Shown here: positions 62,058 to 64,000 of the stretch, piece by piece
How positions within the stretch are numbered: position 1 is the first letter of the stretch
Layout of the letters: each line of letters begins with the position of its first letter
Assembly: GCA_013115145.1 (NCBI GenBank)
Contig: JAAPAO010000082.1
Location: forward strand, 23,492-87,491
Length of the DNA: 64,000 bases
Origin: Perkinsus chesapeaki ATCC PRA-425
Taxonomy: Eukaryota; Protista; Perkinsozoa
Direction of reading: 5' to 3'
Position numbers and translations under genes: made by a program
The notes under the pieces: model-generated
Told to the model about the DNA's origin: nothing
Seen by the model: the letters and a program-made list of their open reading frames with translations, nothing else
Databases searched by the model: none

Positions 62058-62209
62058 CAACAACAACAAATAGGCAAACTCCTACTGACCAACAGTCCTG
62101 CCGTCCTTGCGCATGCGTGCACATGCGCATGCGTGCCGAAGTGAAATCTGCACTAGTGTGTCTTCCCCCACTTCAGGCCAAAACCCAATAAAAAGAATAC
62201 AGTAAAACA

Positions 62210-63619
62210 TTATCGTCTGTTATTGCTCGACCATCCTTGTTGATGCATAGAGGATGACCATACACCAGCGGAGCTACGTGCAGGAGGCCGGCTATCACCA
62301 GATGAAACCGATGACCAACCGTTAGCTGGAGGAGGAGGAGGTGGAGGTCGCCTAACAGAACGAGAAGACAACCTTGTTGTGTTCAACTTTACAAGGCAAA
62401 ACTGATTGAACAAGATAACCGGGTTACAGCAGGCCCTGTATAAATCGATCGCGATATTCCAACACTGCAAGTAGGTACTACACCCCTCTCGTTCTTAAGC
62501 GAGGTACTACCGACCGTGGATTCGTGTACTTTGTGCGTGCCCATTCAGATGATACCATGGAGAGGTCAATGGTGAGAAAGTGTCGGAATGGTTAACAGTA
62601 AAGTAGACAGCCGGCACAATACTATTCAATTCTTATCTGCCCTTTTATGAAGCCAAAGCCTCCGGTGAGCATGTAGAAATACCCGCCGTATTAATGGCCC
62701 AACACCTCAAGCCCTCCCCATCCTCGAAGCCGCGCACAAATCATTCGTCTCCATACTGTGTGCACGAGTTAACCTTGAAGAGGCCTTCGACTATATAGAC
62801 TCGCAGGACGATACTACTGATAATATGCGACTTTTACAGACTCGCAAAGGGTTCTTGAGGGGACACCTAATTTTCGAATACGAGCGGAGTTACCCTCCTC
62901 GATGAGCCGGGCATCCAGCATCTCTCTTAATAATTACAGTGCTTATACGCTTCACGGTGGTTTATACAATACTATATTATCACATGCTATCTGACTTTAT
63001 GTACGACCCTCACTTACTGTTGCGAGGACCATGATGATGATGTTGTTGATGTAACAGCCTGGGCAGATGACCATCCTGTGGAAGAAGAAGAAGCTACTCG
63101 TGCAGCAGGCCCAGAAGCAGCAGCAACAGACGGAGAGGAGGAGGAGGAAGACCAGCCACCAACTGCTGCAGCTGGAGTAGATGATGATGATGACCAAGAT
63201 GCTACAGTGACCTGAATCAATATCGATATGCTTTTGAGATACCCAGAGTCCCCCTCTTCTCAGTCTACCTTAGTCTTCTCATCACTCTGAGCCCCAATCG
63301 ATGATGCTTTATCGATGTCACTCTGTGTAAAGGCATCCACAAACATGAGAGGGTCCACAACTGGCGTACGGTAGAATCGTTGGACGTTCTTCAACGATAC
63401 ATACCATTTAAGGTACTCATCATAAGACTAATAACAACAGCATCAATTAGAAGGAGGAGGAGGAACAGCAGCAGCAGCCGCAGTAGTACTATGACCCACC
63501 ATATGAGCTGGGTTGGCCGTTAACAATCGTTCTAGTTCAGCATCGATAACAGCTCTATCTACACTGTCCTCAGCAGCCGGCTCTGATGTTGTAGTATCCA
63601 AAGCATTAAGAACTGGCAT
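62210..63619 (-). CDS. Hypothetical multi-exon Ser-rich protein with repeated WSS motifs
   Basis: Minus-strand exons 63014-63220 and 62210-62470 share (G)WSS motifs; a plausible ATG lies at 63619. Confidence 0.4.
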
Positions 63620-63756
63620 AATGATGATGAACTGTATTTAATGGTGATGACTATTGGTAATACTTCAAGATATGATCTACACCATTGAACACCTAATCTT
63701 CAAGCAACCTCTATCTTTCACACCTGTAGCTGTATACTATACTACTATAAAATATA

Positions 63757-64000
63757 ATAATCACAAAGGATCAATAACCAAACTTACTAATAATTACAAA
63801 GGACCAAGAACCAAACTTACTAATAATCACAAAGGACCAAGAACCAAACTTACTAATAATTACAAAGGACCAAGAACCAAACTTACTAATAATTACAAAG
63901 GACCAAGAACCAAACTTACTAATAATTACAAAGGACCAAGAACCAAACTTACTAATAATTACAAAGGACCAAGAACCAAACTTACTAATAATTACAAAGG
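63757..64000. repeat. 33-bp tandem satellite, about 7 copies, running off the right edge
   Basis: Unit aaacttactaataattacaaaggaccaagaacc. Confidence 0.95.

Overview
Gene-dense, intron-rich eukaryotic DNA with many ~35-55 nt GT-AG introns. The organisation is most consistent with a perkinsid alveolate such as Perkinsus (inference). Genes lie in alternating unidirectional blocks: minus 1-22.3 kb, plus 22.4-28.8 kb, minus 28.9-38.6 kb, plus 38.7-44.6 kb, minus 45-64 kb. Recognisable housekeeping genes are HSC20, a Mei2-like RRM protein, DCP1, L-asparaginase, SLX9-like, FAHD1-like, a nucleotide-sugar transporter, a SelW/Rdx selenoprotein with SECIS (missed by the ORF track), dynactin p62, a kinesin-3 and two cyclic-nucleotide PDEs, plus tRNA-Val(AAC) and tRNA-Leu(UAA). 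The accessory content is a set of secreted proteins. One is a large signal-peptide protein with at least 10 copies of an unrecognised Cys-pair/FAxxWG domain that carries a tRNA in an intron. The other is a five-member family of putative TIM-barrel glycoside-hydrolase-like proteins whose barrel is encoded in a single exon; four of them carry a 6-Cys N-terminal module and all five show mosaic homogenisation. The fifth member is a spliced chimera joining the 5' exons of the repeat-domain gene to the GH-like barrel. Multi-exon boundaries are approximate unless stated otherwise.
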